Below, in pieces: positions 19,384 to 29,534 of a stretch of DNA of 64,000 bases. Origin of the DNA: an uncultured Chloroflexia bacterium (GTDB lineage: Bacteria > Chloroflexota > Limnocylindria > Limnocylindrales > CSP1-4); the NCBI GenBank assembly GCA_963720755.1, contig CAVRGP010000011.1, positions 352,001-416,000 on the forward strand. The letters are read 5' to 3'. The stretch's first letter is position 1. Each line of letters starts with the position of its first letter. Both the position numbers and the translations under genes were made by a program. Under the pieces are notes generated by a model. The model made no database searches, had not been told where the DNA came from, and saw nothing but the letters and a program-made list of their open reading frames with translations.

Positions 19384-20499
19384 TCAGGTGGCGACCGCGG
19401 CGTCCGGGGCCAGGGTCAGCCCGGTCTCACCATCGAACAGGTGGAGCTTGTCGAGTGGGATGGTGAGGGTGACGATATCGTCCGTTTTGACCCGGTGCTC
19501 CGAGGAGACGATCGCGACGACGTCGCGGTCGGCGGCCGTGACGTGCAGGAGCTCCTCGTTGCCGAGATACTCGACCACGTCGGCTCGGGTCCGGAATGCG
19601 CCGACGCCGCTGCTCTCCTCGCCGATGTCGAGATGCTCCGGACGGAACCCGGCGACCAGGGTCTTGCCCTCGCGAGGAGTCGCCGTCTCGCGATATTGCG
19701 GCGGCAACGGGATGGACCAATCGGCCGGTCCCACCAGCCGGGCGCCCTCGCCGCTCCCCTCCATGTGGACCTCGACGAAGTTCATCGACGGACTGCCGAT
19801 GAAGCCAGCGACGAACCGGTTGATCGGCTTGTCGTACAGCGCCTGGGGCGACCCGACCTGCTGGAGCAGGCCCTCGTTCATGACCGCGATCCGCGTGCCC
19901 ATGGTCATCGCCTCGATCTGATCGTGGGTCACGTACACCATCGTCGTCTTGAGGCGCTGGTGCAGCCGGGCGATCTCCGCCCGCGTCTGGACGCGGAGCT
20001 TGGCGTCGAGGTTGGACAGCGGTTCGTCCATGAGGAACACCGCCGGTTCCCGGACGATCGCGCGTCCGAGGGCGACGCGCTGACGCTGGCCACCGGACAG
20101 CTCCTTCGGCTTGCGGTCGAGCAGCTTCTGGAGCTGGATGGTCTCGGCGGCCTCGTTGACCCGCCGCTCGATGTCGGCCTTGGGGACCTTGCGCAGCTTG
20201 AGGCCGAAGGCGAGGTTGTCCCGGACCGTCATGTGGGGATAGAGGGCGTAGCTCTGGAAGACCATCGCGATATCGCGATCCTTCGGCGGCACGTCGTTGA
20301 CGACCCGGTCGCCGATCTTGAGGGTGCCTTCGGAGATCTCCTCGAGGCCCGCGATCATCCGTAGACTGGTCGTCTTGCCGCAGCCGGATGGCCCGACCAG
20401 GACCATGAACTCGCCGTCGCCGATCTCGAGGTTGAGATCCCGCACGGCGTGGAAATCGCCGAACACCTTGTTGACGTTTTCGAACGTCACGGTCGCCAT
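19384..20499 (-). CDS. Carbohydrate ABC transporter ATP-binding protein (MsiK/MalK/UgpC-like), standalone
   Basis: GPSGCGKT, FQSYALYPH, LSGGQRQR, DEPLSNLDAKLR, C-terminal TOBE; GAGGTGG RBS. Confidence 0.94.
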   Translation of the reverse strand: MATVTFENVNKVFGDFHAVRDLNLEIGDGEFMVLVGPSGCGKTTSLRMIAGLEEISEGTLKIGDRVVNDVPPKDRDIAMVFQSYALYPHMTVRDNLAFGLKLRKVPKADIERRVNEAAETIQLQKLLDRKPKELSGGQRQRVALGRAIVREPAVFLMDEPLSNLDAKLRVQTRAEIARLHQRLKTTMVYVTHDQIEAMTMGTRIAVMNEGLLQQVGSPQALYDKPINRFVAGFIGSPSMNFVEVHMEGSGEGARLVGPADWSIPLPPQYRETATPREGKTLVAGFRPEHLDIGEESSGVGAFRTRADVVEYLGNEELLHVTAADRDVVAIVSSEHRVKTDDIVTLTIPLDKLHLFDGETGLTLAPDAAVAT

Positions 20500-20667
20500 G
20501 GCACCACCTCGCATCCCCGCCCGACCATCGCGGGCCCATGCATCCAGTCGGCGAAGCGAGCGTGGACGGGCCCCATACGTGGACGGATCAGGGTCTCGCC
20601 ATCGTACGAGGGTCCATACCGAGGCGCAAGCCGGAGTTCCTGCCGCGGCCGGCCGAGGCCGGGCCAT

Positions 20668-20834
20668 GCCCGACCTGGCCCGGCCTGGCTCCGGCCCGGC
20701 TCCGACCTGACGCCGGCCCGGCTCCGACCTGGATCCGGCCCGGCTCCGACCTGGGCACGACCTGGCCCGGCCCGACCTGACGCAGGCCCGGCCCCGACCT
20801 GGATCCGGCCCGACCCGGCGCCGGCCCGACCTGG
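20668..20834. repeat. Degenerate tandem array with ~22-bp unit ccggcccggctccgacctg
   Basis: cgacc(t/c)g at 20671, 20703, 20725, 20747, 20758, 20773, 20795, 20811, 20827. Confidence 0.8.
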
Positions 20835-21013
20835 CGAAATTCTCCTGGGTGGACCGTTGTGCGAGATCCACGAGCAGAACGCGGGTCGCGAGGGCTTCGA
20901 CACCAGTTCTGCACGGCGACGCCGAGCGTGATTGACCGATTCCGTCTCGCCACATACCCCGCCGACACGCGGGAAGATGTCATAGCGGTCCATGCGTGAA
21001 AGATCCGCCAGGT
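20829..21013. repeat. ~185-bp TIR element (copy 2)
   Basis: Left acctggcgaaattctcctgggtggaccgttgtg; reverse complement of right end acctggcggatctttcacgcatggaccgctatg. Confidence 0.65.
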
Positions 21014-21039
21014 TGCCGACGGACGTCCTGCCCAGGTCG

Positions 21040-21531
21040 TCAGCCGGACGGCGGGTACGGCTCGGGGGCGCCCTCGAGCGAAACCGTGCCCGCGCTGTCC
21101 GCGCGGACGGGCACCCAGAGGACCGTGTCGTCTCGGAGGAACAAGACCACGTAGCCCTCGTTGATCCCGAGGGAGAGCGCGCAGAAGTAGCCAGGCGGGC
21201 AGTAGCGGCCGTAGTGGAACGCGATCCGAAGGATGGGTGGACCGTCCGCCGGAAGCGCGGCGACGGCAGCTTCGATCGCGTTCTCACAGGTGAGCGTCCC
21301 GGTCGGCTCCGTGGAGGGCGAGCCGCCGAGGGGTCCGATGACTGGGCCAGAGCCGCAGACGATCTCCGGCGTCGGGCTCGGGGCGGGCGTCGGCCCGGCG
21401 GTCGGACTCGGGGTCGTGCTACGTGTCGGGACAGGCGCGCGGGCCACGCTTGCCGTGGGCGTAGGCACCGGGCTCGCACAGGCCGCCACGATCAGCCCGA
21501 TCGTCATCAGGACTCCTCGTGGCGAAGTCAT
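21040..21531 (-). CDS. Hypothetical Pro/Thr-rich lipoprotein
   Basis: Lipobox VAAC, PT-rich linker, Cys-containing C-terminal domain (YCPPGYFC). Confidence 0.65.
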   Translation of the reverse strand: MTSPRGVLMTIGLIVAACASPVPTPTASVARAPVPTRSTTPSPTAGPTPAPSPTPEIVCGSGPVIGPLGGSPSTEPTGTLTCENAIEAAVAALPADGPPILRIAFHYGRYCPPGYFCALSLGINEGYVVLFLRDDTVLWVPVRADSAGTVSLEGAPEPYPPSG

Positions 21532-21779
21532 CAGCCTACCTCCGGGTGATCGCCCGATCCTGCCACGAGTTTACCGAGCTCATGACGGGGACTCCCTGAC
21601 TCGACGGCGCCGATGGTCCGAGCTGACCCGCGACGACCACCATGTCGCAAGCGCACCACAGGGCGCTTCGCCAGGTCCTCACGGACGACCGGCGACCGGC
21701 GCGGTTGCAGGCGATCCACGCTTCGTTGAGCGTCGATCCACGACACGAAACGCGCCAGGCGCCCTCAGATGCGGGGAGT

Positions 21780-21855
21780 TGGGGTGGCCTACGGGTTTCG
21801 AACCCGCAACCTTCGGAGCCACAATCCGATGCTCTGCCGTTGAGCTAAGGCCACC
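21780..21855 (-). tRNA. tRNA-His (GUG)
   Basis: Acceptor stem GTGGCCT/AGGCCAC with G-1 and C73, anticodon arm tcgga-ttGTGgc-tccga, T-loop GTTCGAA, encoded CCA. Confidence 0.97.
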
Positions 21856-22151
21856 ATGGAGACACTCGTCCTGGCGGTCCGCCGACCGGCGGTCCACCCG
21901 AGCCACGGCAGTATAGCGGGACGGCTCCAGGCGACGGCCAGCGCCGCCGCGATCGCGATGCGGACCTCGTCCAGACCGGACCGGACCATACCAGACCGTC
22001 GCGGACAGGCCCGGACCCCACAGGACCGGACGGTACCTGTGAACCAGACCGCACCTGACCATCGCACCCCGGACATCGGCGCTGGTCGCGCCTACGTTGA
22101 CGTAGACACCGACCGATCGGTTCGGAACGCCCCGGGGAGCACCACGCCTGC

Positions 22152-23066
22152 ATGTCCATCACCGTCGAGCCCCACGCCAGCCAGCAGGCCCTGCGGCCGC
22201 CTGCCGATCGGTTTCGGTCGATGCGCCGGATCACGCTCGCGGTCGCCCTCCTCTTCGGCATCAGTTCGGCGCTCGCGCTTGCCGCCCCGCCTGGTGCCTT
22301 TGCCTGGAGTTCCGGCTCGTATAGCTCCTCATCCGAGTCGGAACTCGTCGCGCTGACCAATCGTGCCCGGGCCAACGCCGGGCTGAAGTCCCTGAAGGTC
22401 GACTCGACCCTCCGCTCGGTCGCCCGATGGCGAAGCAAGGACATGATCGAGCGCGACTACTTCGCCCACGAGATCCCGGGCTACGGTATGGTCTTCGACA
22501 AGCTCCACGCGATCGGCTATTGCTACAAGGTCGCCGGCGAGAACATCGGCTGGAACAATTACCCGGACGACTCGGCCACGGCCGAGATCGAGACGATGTT
22601 CATGGGCTCGCCGGGGCATCGAGCGAACATCCTCGGCAAGACCTGGGATGTGATCGGGATCGGCGCCTACAAGGGCGCCGACGGCAAGAAGATGTGGACC
22701 GTCCTGTTCGCAGACAAGTGCGGTTCGACCGGCGGCAGCGCCCCCAAGGCGACCCCGAAGCCGCAGCCGAAGGCGACCCCCAGGCCGGTCACGCGATCGA
22801 CACCGAAGCCCACCCCGAAACCGACCCGGCGCCCGACCCCGGCACCAACGGCGACGCCGACACCGACCCCCGAGCTCGTGCTGCCCGAGACCCTGGACAC
22901 GCCGAGTCCGTTACCGACACCGACACCGAGCCCGTCCCCGTCGGTGTCGCCCGAGCCCGAGATCGGAACGAATCCCGTCGGCATGCGCGTCGTCGATCCT
23001 GGGGCGGCCGGTGGGCTGCTCGAGACGATCGTCGGTGGCGTGGCCGGCTACTTCTTCGGAGGCTGA
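22152..23066 (+). CDS. CAP (SCP) domain secreted protein with PT-rich tail
   Basis: [34 protein letters not shown]. Confidence 0.88.
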   Translation: MSITVEPHASQQALRPPADRFRSMRRITLAVALLFGISSALALAAPPGAFAWSSGSYSSSSESELVALTNRARANAGLKSLKVDSTLRSVARWRSKDMIERDYFAHEIPGYGMVFDKLHAIGYCYKVAGENIGWNNYPDDSATAEIETMFMGSPGHRANILGKTWDVIGIGAYKGADGKKMWTVLFADKCGSTGGSAPKATPKPQPKATPRPVTRSTPKPTPKPTRRPTPAPTATPTPTPELVLPETLDTPSPLPTPTPSPSPSVSPEPEIGTNPVGMRVVDPGAAGGLLETIVGGVAGYFFGG

Positions 23067-23071
23067 ACACC

Positions 23072-23893
23072 GTGATCGTCGAGCGAACTGCGCCGATCGT
23101 CGCCGCACCCGCGCCGATCCCCGCACCCCCAGCCGACCTGCCACCGCCGATCCTCGAGGCCCACGGCCTGACCCGGGTCTATCGCCTCGGACAGACGACG
23201 GTCGAGGCCCTCAGGGACGTCTCCATGTCTGTCCAGGCTGGTGAGTTCGTGGCCCTCATGGGGCCATCGGGCTCGGGTAAATCGACCTTGCTCCAGGTCC
23301 TCGGCGGGCTGGATCGACCGACGACCGGCGAGGTCATCCTCGAGGGTCAGCGAATCGGCGCTCTCGATGACGACCAGGCGACCCGGCTTCGCCGGGATCG
23401 GACCGGGTTCGTCTTCCAGTCGTTCAACCTCATCCCGCTGCTCGACGTCACCGAGAACGTCGCCCTGCCGTTCACCATCGCCGGCGAGGATCCATCGAAG
23501 GGTGCCCTCCGCGAGCGGATCCAGGACGTCATCGACCTCGTCGATCTGACCGGCAAGGAACGCCACCGACCGGATCAGTTGTCAGCCGGCGAGCAGCAGC
23601 GGGTCGCCATCGCTCGCGCGCTCGTCACTCGTCCAGCCCTGTTGTTCGCGGACGAACCGACCGGCAATCTCGACTATTCGACGAGCACGGAGATCCTCGA
23701 CGCGCTGTGGCGCTCGTGCACCGAGCGTGGGCAGACCATCGTCCTGGTCACACACGACTCCAAGGCGGCCGCCTATGCCGATCGGGTCCTCGTCGTCAGC
23801 GATGGCCGGATCCGCGACACGATCGAGCTGGGCCGCAGGACCAGCCATGACGCGACGCCGCTGATCTCACGTCTCGCCCAGCTCGGCCTGTAG
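23072..23893 (+). CDS. ABC transporter ATP-binding protein (LolD/MacB family)
   Basis: [35 protein letters not shown]. Confidence 0.92.
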   Translation: MIVERTAPIVAAPAPIPAPPADLPPPILEAHGLTRVYRLGQTTVEALRDVSMSVQAGEFVALMGPSGSGKSTLLQVLGGLDRPTTGEVILEGQRIGALDDDQATRLRRDRTGFVFQSFNLIPLLDVTENVALPFTIAGEDPSKGALRERIQDVIDLVDLTGKERHRPDQLSAGEQQRVAIARALVTRPALLFADEPTGNLDYSTSTEILDALWRSCTERGQTIVLVTHDSKAAAYADRVLVVSDGRIRDTIELGRRTSHDATPLISRLAQLGL

Positions 23894-23903
23894 GGGTCGA
23901 CTC

Positions 23904-26423
23904 GTGGCCCTCCGCCGGCTTGCCCTGCGCAGCCTCCGAGCCCGGCCGATGCGAACGGGGGCGAGCATCATCGCGGTCGCCCTCGGGGTCGCCGTCCTGT
24001 TCGCCGGACTGGCGACTGAAGCGGGTATCGCGTCGTCGGTCGACGAGGCCGTCCGCGCCCAGATCGGCCGCGCCGACCTTCGGGTCGCGGCCTTCGACGA
24101 GACGGGTCTGTCCCCCTCGACGGTCGCCACGATCGCGACGACGCCCGGGGTCGACGAGGCGGCCCCGGTGTTCGAGCAGCGGATCTATCTCGGCCAGACC
24201 GGCGACAAGACGACGCTGCCCGCCCCCGTGACGATCCTGGGTATCGACCCTTCGATCGATCCGATCGTGCACGACCTGATGCTCGGATCGGGAACATCAC
24301 TGACCGACCCGAACGCGCCGTTCGCGCTCATCTCGGAACGACTGGCTCGCGAAGACGGTCTGTCACTCGGGTCGCAGGTGTCGATGCAGGGCGCTGGCGA
24401 CCGGGTCGTCTATCGCGTGGTCGGGATCCTGGCGGGTGACGGCTCGTTGGCCGGCACGCTCGGACGGACCGTTGTCGTGCCCCTCGCGACCGCCCAGGCC
24501 GTGTTCGGGACGTCCGGCGTCGATCGGGTCGATATCCTCGTCAGCCGGGGAGCGGACGCGAACATCGTCTCTGCCTCCCTCGAGTCCCGACTGTCGGGCG
24601 AACCGTACGTCCTCTCGACGCCACACGACCTGGCGGCCGGACTTCGAGCGTCGACGAACGAATTCCTGCTCACGACCGGGCTCATCGCAGCCGTGGCCCT
24701 GTTCTCGGGTGCATTCCTCATCTTCAATGCGTTGTCGATGACGGTCTCGGAGCGGGTCCGCGAGATCGGCCTGCTGCGAGCCGCCGGAGCGAGCCGTGGC
24801 CAGGTCATGTCGTTCATGCTTGCCCAGGCGCTCGTCATCGGCGTCGTCGGATCGCTGGCGGGCCTGCTGGTCGGCGGACTCCTGGCGGCGGCGATGGTGG
24901 CGGCCGTCGGGACGGTCGGTTCGGTGGCGCTCCACTGGCCCGGTCTGCCGCTCGACGCCATGGCCGCAGCCCTGCTGGTCGGTATCGGCGTCACGCTTGC
25001 CGCCGCGCTCGGACCGGCCCGTCGGGCGAGCCGGATCCAACCGGTCGAGGCACTCAAGACCCGGTTCGACGCACGATCCGTGCGCGGCACCCGGCTGCGC
25101 TGGCTCGCGGCGATCTTCGTCGTGATCGCGCTCGCCGGGGTCGTCTTCGTGCCACGAGTCACTGGCGGGACCGGCGCGGTCGGTTCACTTGCCGTGTACG
25201 GGATCCTGCTGCTGACCACCCTGCTCATCCCGGTCGTCCTGCCGGTCATGGCGCGCATCGCCGGGATGCCGTTCCACCTGATCCTTCGCGTCGAGGAGCG
25301 ACTGGCCCGGAGCGCCATCGGTCGGGATCCGAGCCGGACCGCGCTGACCCTCGGCAGCCTGACGGTCGGGCTCGCCATGATCGTCGCCCTGGGCAGTGTC
25401 GGTCAGCACGCCCGAGCGGCCGCGTCCGGCTGGATCGAGGACGTGGTCCCGGGCGGGATCGTCCTGACGTCGATCCGGCCGATCGCACCCGACGAGGACG
25501 TGGCCGGCCAGCTGACCGACGCCGTGCCGGGGATCGATCGGGTCAGTCCGATCGCAACGTTCGACGTCGCCATCACCGGGATCCGGACCGACGCCGCAGC
25601 CGTGGTCGGGTCGGACCTGTCCGCTGACGGCCGCCTGCGGTTCACCGCCGGTGACCGCGAGACGGCCCTCGCCGCGCTCGATACAGGCGGCGCGACGATC
25701 ATCCCGGCGGCGATCGCCGGCCGGTTCGGACTTGCCGTCGGGGATGTGGTGACGCTCCCGACCGCGGACGGAGGATCGCTCGACCTGCGGGTCGTCGGGA
25801 TCGTGGAGCGGTCGCTGCCCGGCAAGACCGGGGAATCGATGCTCATCGGTTGGACCGATGCGATGGACCGCCTCGGCGTTGCGGGGGCCGATGCGTTCGC
25901 GGTCCGGTTCGGATCCGGCGCGGCACCGGCGAACGAGGCGGCCCTCCGGGCCACGGCCGACCTGCTCGCCCTGCAGGTGGTGCCGCTCGATCAGATCGAG
26001 GGCGCGATCAGCGTCGCACTCGAGCGGATCTTCGGCCTGTTCGATGCGCTGGCCCTGGTCGCGGTCCTCATCGCCGCCCTCGGGATCGTCAATACCCTCA
26101 GCATGAACGTCATGGAGCGGGTCCGCGAGATCGGGATCCTGCGCGCCGCCGGCATGAGCCGGAGCCAGGTCTGGCGATCGATCGTCGTCGAGGCCGGTGT
26201 ACTCGGTCTGGCCGGAGCGCTGCTCGGGATCATGGTCGGGCTCGGGATCGGTGCGCTGATGGTCGTCTCGACCGGCGATACTCCCGATCTCGGAACGAGC
26301 GTTCCCTGGGCCATCATCGGGCTCACCCTCGTGATCGGCGTCGGACTGGCGATGCTGGCGGCGGCCTATCCGGCCCGGATCGCCAGCCGACTGTCCATCG
26401 TCCGGGCCGTCCAGTACGAGTGA
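23904..26423 (+). CDS. FtsX/MacB-type ABC permease (duplicated MacB_PCD + FtsX)
   Basis: Two ERVREIG(L/I)LRAAG motifs, two large extracytoplasmic domains, YPARIASRL. Confidence 0.9.
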   Translation: MALRRLALRSLRARPMRTGASIIAVALGVAVLFAGLATEAGIASSVDEAVRAQIGRADLRVAAFDETGLSPSTVATIATTPGVDEAAPVFEQRIYLGQTGDKTTLPAPVTILGIDPSIDPIVHDLMLGSGTSLTDPNAPFALISERLAREDGLSLGSQVSMQGAGDRVVYRVVGILAGDGSLAGTLGRTVVVPLATAQAVFGTSGVDRVDILVSRGADANIVSASLESRLSGEPYVLSTPHDLAAGLRASTNEFLLTTGLIAAVALFSGAFLIFNALSMTVSERVREIGLLRAAGASRGQVMSFMLAQALVIGVVGSLAGLLVGGLLAAAMVAAVGTVGSVALHWPGLPLDAMAAALLVGIGVTLAAALGPARRASRIQPVEALKTRFDARSVRGTRLRWLAAIFVVIALAGVVFVPRVTGGTGAVGSLAVYGILLLTTLLIPVVLPVMARIAGMPFHLILRVEERLARSAIGRDPSRTALTLGSLTVGLAMIVALGSVGQHARAAASGWIEDVVPGGIVLTSIRPIAPDEDVAGQLTDAVPGIDRVSPIATFDVAITGIRTDAAAVVGSDLSADGRLRFTAGDRETALAALDTGGATIIPAAIAGRFGLAVGDVVTLPTADGGSLDLRVVGIVERSLPGKTGESMLIGWTDAMDRLGVAGADAFAVRFGSGAAPANEAALRATADLLALQVVPLDQIEGAISVALERIFGLFDALALVAVLIAALGIVNTLSMNVMERVREIGILRAAGMSRSQVWRSIVVEAGVLGLAGALLGIMVGLGIGALMVVSTGDTPDLGTSVPWAIIGLTLVIGVGLAMLAAAYPARIASRLSIVRAVQYE

Positions 26424-26481
26424 CACGATGCTAGACTCCGGCCGTCGATCGCCACGTCGGTGATCCACCAGTGGAGCCCAG

Positions 26482-27126
26482 ATGTCGCTCGCGATCCCAA
26501 GACTCGACCGCAGCACGATCGCGGATCGCGGCCTCACCATCGCCGACTTCCTCGTCCCCATCCGAGTCGGGGAGCGAGTCAACGCCCGGGTCCGTGACGT
26601 CGCCCTCGTCCTGGCCGGGGCGATCTTCATCTACCTGACCGCGAAGATCAGCCTCCCGGTCCCTGGATCGCCGGTCCCGATCACCGGCCAGACCTTCGGC
26701 GTGCTTCTGGTCGGCGTCTCACTCGGGTTGCGGCGCGGCCTGTTCGCGGTCTCGCTGTACGTGCTGCTGGGCGTCATCGGGCTGCCGTTCTTCGCGGACG
26801 GCAAGGGCGGGCTGGACGTGATCTGGGGCGCCACGGGTGGCTACCTCGTCGGGTTCATCATCGCGGGTGCCGTTGTCGGGCGCCTGGCCGAGCTCGGCTG
26901 GGATCGTCATGTCGGCGGGGCGCTCGGGGCGATGCTCATCGGCAGCGCGATCATCTATGCCGTCGGGTTGCCCTGGCTCCTGGTCGTTCTCGATCTCACC
27001 CCGAGCCAGGTGATCGACAAGGGCCTGACCCCATACCTGCTGGGGGACGCGATCAAGCTCGTGCTCGCGGCGGCGATCTTCCCGGCTGCCTGGTGGCTCG
27101 TGGGGCGACGTCCGGACGATCGCTGA
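26482..27126 (+). CDS. bioY: Biotin transporter BioY
   Basis: VPITGQTF, GLPFFA, TGGYLVGF, IYAVG, GDAIK. Confidence 0.92.
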   Translation: MSLAIPRLDRSTIADRGLTIADFLVPIRVGERVNARVRDVALVLAGAIFIYLTAKISLPVPGSPVPITGQTFGVLLVGVSLGLRRGLFAVSLYVLLGVIGLPFFADGKGGLDVIWGATGGYLVGFIIAGAVVGRLAELGWDRHVGGALGAMLIGSAIIYAVGLPWLLVVLDLTPSQVIDKGLTPYLLGDAIKLVLAAAIFPAAWWLVGRRPDDR

Positions 27127-27128
27127 CG

Positions 27129-27989
27129 ATGGTGGCGCCGGACCCGGGCCTGTTCGGCCCCGCGTCTGAGGCCTGGCGGCTCGACCGCGAGGCGATGCTG
27201 CTGCCGGGTGCCGGGCCCCGCGCGCTCCTGCTCCAGCTCGCCCACCCGCTGGTCGCCGCCGGGGTCGACGAGCATTCGGATTTCCGGTCGGATCCCTGGC
27301 ATCGGCTCGCGGCGACGTTGCGCAGTTACCTGACGATCATCTACGGGACGACGACGGCGGCGCGAGCCGAGATCGGTCGACTCAACCGGCTGCACGGATC
27401 GATCGCCGGACCCGGTTACTCGGCCCGCGATCCGGAGTTGTCCCTGTGGGTGCACGCGACCCTCGTCGACTCCACGATCGTCGCCTACGACGCCTGGCTC
27501 GAGCCGCTGTCGCCAGCCCGGCGGGCGGCCTTCTATGCCGAGACCCTGCCGATCGGCCGGGCGTTCGGGATCCCGGACGGACTGCTTCCAGCGGATCTGG
27601 ACGCGTTCGAGCGATACGTCGCGCTGATGATCGGACCGGGGGGACCGGTCAAGGTCTCGCCGGTCGCGCGAGAACTCGCTGCGGTCGTGCTCCGACCGCC
27701 GTTGGCACCCCTGGCGGCACTGTTCCCATTCGAACGCGCGGCGGGGGACCTCCTCGGGCGAGTGCCACCGGGAACGTACGCGTGGACCCTGTGGCCGGCG
27801 ATCGGGCTTCTCCCTGAGCCGGTCCGAAAGGCGTACCGACTGCCGTGGGGTGTCCGCGAGCGGCTCGTGTCAGCCTGGCTGGTGACCGCCTGGCGGGCGT
27901 GGCGACCGATCGTGCCGCCGGGTTTCCGACAGATGCCGCAGGCGCTCGCCGCCGACCGGCGCGTCGAGGCGGCCGCGGGCCACCTCTAG
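27129..27989 (+). CDS. Oxygenase MpaB family protein (DUF2236)
   Basis: RALLLQLAHP.VAAGVDEHSDF, LNRLH, YSARDPEL.LWVHATL. Confidence 0.85.
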   Translation: MVAPDPGLFGPASEAWRLDREAMLLPGAGPRALLLQLAHPLVAAGVDEHSDFRSDPWHRLAATLRSYLTIIYGTTTAARAEIGRLNRLHGSIAGPGYSARDPELSLWVHATLVDSTIVAYDAWLEPLSPARRAAFYAETLPIGRAFGIPDGLLPADLDAFERYVALMIGPGGPVKVSPVARELAAVVLRPPLAPLAALFPFERAAGDLLGRVPPGTYAWTLWPAIGLLPEPVRKAYRLPWGVRERLVSAWLVTAWRAWRPIVPPGFRQMPQALAADRRVEAAAGHL

Positions 27990-28005
27990 CGGCCGCGGGC
28001 CGCCC

Positions 28006-29370
28006 TCAGTAGAGGCTGGGAAGGCGCTTCGCGAAGAGTCTCGTCCCGAGATCGACCGGGGTCGCCGCGTCAAGGGCGTCGAGCAGCGTCGATGTCGACG
28101 AGATCGCGTTCTGCTGGTCCCGGATGTACCCGCGGAGGGCTGGCCAGAACACGCTCGAGCCCATCAGCCGGCGGGCTCGATCGAGCAGGTTTCCGCCCTG
28201 GATATAGATCCGCTCGTAGTAGCAGGCAGCCGAGTAGCCATAGATGGTCAGATCCAGGCGACCGCTCGAGCATCGGCTGGTGCGGCGCAGCCCCAGCACG
28301 AACCGCGCCGCGAAGTCGGCGGTGGCCTCGTCCGCGAACGGGTCGGCGGCCTGATCGTTCCCGACGATCCCGTAGAACCATTGGTGGGCCGTCTCGTGGG
28401 CGGCCAGGTAGCGAAGGTTCGAGACAGCGACGCCGGTCGGGATCCAGATCAGCGCCGGCGATTCCATCCCGTAGCCGCCGGCTGACTGGACGACCTTGAA
28501 GATGCGGTGGGGATAGGGACCGAGACGACGCTCGAGCGCATCGAAGGCGTCGGCCGCCGCACGGAGCATCGCTTTTCCCGGCCCACCCGGCCGGTAGTAG
28601 ACGCGCACGACCGTGTCGCGGACGACCCGGGACCGCGTCCGATAGTCGGCGGCCGCGGTGACCGTGAAGTCCCGGACGTTCGTCGCCTGGAATGTCTGGC
28701 GGAGCCCGTCGGTACTCCGTGCGGTCCGGCGGCCCGTGGTGGCCAGGACGAGCGGTCTCGAGGTGGTGATCCGGACCGTCACCGACGGGCTGGTCGGAGT
28801 CTCGAATGGATCGCCGTGGTTCGGCCGGGCGAACCTGATCCGGCGGCTCACCCAGGGGAGCCAGCGATAGAGATCGACGACCCCGTTCGCGCGGGTGAAC
28901 AGCCAGTCGGAGCCGGCGACCCCGCTGCGCAGCGTCGCCCGATATCGCAACCGGATGGTCGTCGTCGCACCGATGGGCAGGTCGTGCCCGAGAGGCACGA
29001 CGATCGTCTGGCCCGTGACGGTGACGCCGACCGTGGTCCCGTCGACCGTCGCGGGTCCGAGCACCATCGCGCCGAGCCTGGCCGCGACCGTGTTGAACTC
29101 GATCCTGTCGATCGGACCGCCCCAGGTGTTGCGGACCGTGGCCGAGCTGTCCACCCGGATCGTGCGTGACGCCCAGCCCAGCCGGAGGGACGTGTCGTAC
29201 GTTGCCTCGAGGAACGGGCTGGACCGATCGACCGAAGCGGGTGTGACGGTGGGAACCGGAACGCTTGACGGCACCACCGTCATGGCGTCGCGTGGCCGCA
29301 CGTTCGGCGATGGAGCGCCGAGCGCCCCGACGACGATCGTCAGGCACGCGACGACGATGAGGCGATGCAT
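28006..29370 (-). CDS. Secreted M1-family-like zinc aminopeptidase
   Basis: YGMESP, HETAHQWFYGIVGNDQ..P..DE, YIQG; TACGAT box 7 nt upstream of ATG 29370. Confidence 0.85.
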   Translation of the reverse strand: MHRLIVVACLTIVVGALGAPSPNVRPRDAMTVVPSSVPVPTVTPASVDRSSPFLEATYDTSLRLGWASRTIRVDSSATVRNTWGGPIDRIEFNTVAARLGAMVLGPATVDGTTVGVTVTGQTIVVPLGHDLPIGATTTIRLRYRATLRSGVAGSDWLFTRANGVVDLYRWLPWVSRRIRFARPNHGDPFETPTSPSVTVRITTSRPLVLATTGRRTARSTDGLRQTFQATNVRDFTVTAAADYRTRSRVVRDTVVRVYYRPGGPGKAMLRAAADAFDALERRLGPYPHRIFKVVQSAGGYGMESPALIWIPTGVAVSNLRYLAAHETAHQWFYGIVGNDQAADPFADEATADFAARFVLGLRRTSRCSSGRLDLTIYGYSAACYYERIYIQGGNLLDRARRLMGSSVFWPALRGYIRDQQNAISSTSTLLDALDAATPVDLGTRLFAKRLPSLY

Positions 29371-29534
29371 CGAGCCCATCGTACCCGGACGTCTCCGACC
29401 GGGGCGGGGTTCGGAACGCGCGGCCGGTGACGCGAGTTTGCTAGGATCGCGATCATGCTCGCGCACGTGGGTGGGGCGCGGCTGGACATGACCGTCGGCG
29501 CGGCGGCACAGGTATCAGTCGGGACTCCCAGGAC

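Noticed and set aside
20668-20834. Possible CRISPR or coding repeat (long ORF extensions to 20955)
   Set aside because: Irregular short units with no spacers; the msiK-like gene has a clear RBS and ATG at 20499, so the extension is spurious
21040-21855. Genomic island integrated at tRNA-His
   Set aside because: No integrase, no duplicated tRNA 3' end seen and no obvious compositional shift
22740-22960. Repetitive DNA in CAP, Ig-like and subtilase genes
   Set aside because: Explained by Pro/Thr-rich protein linkers
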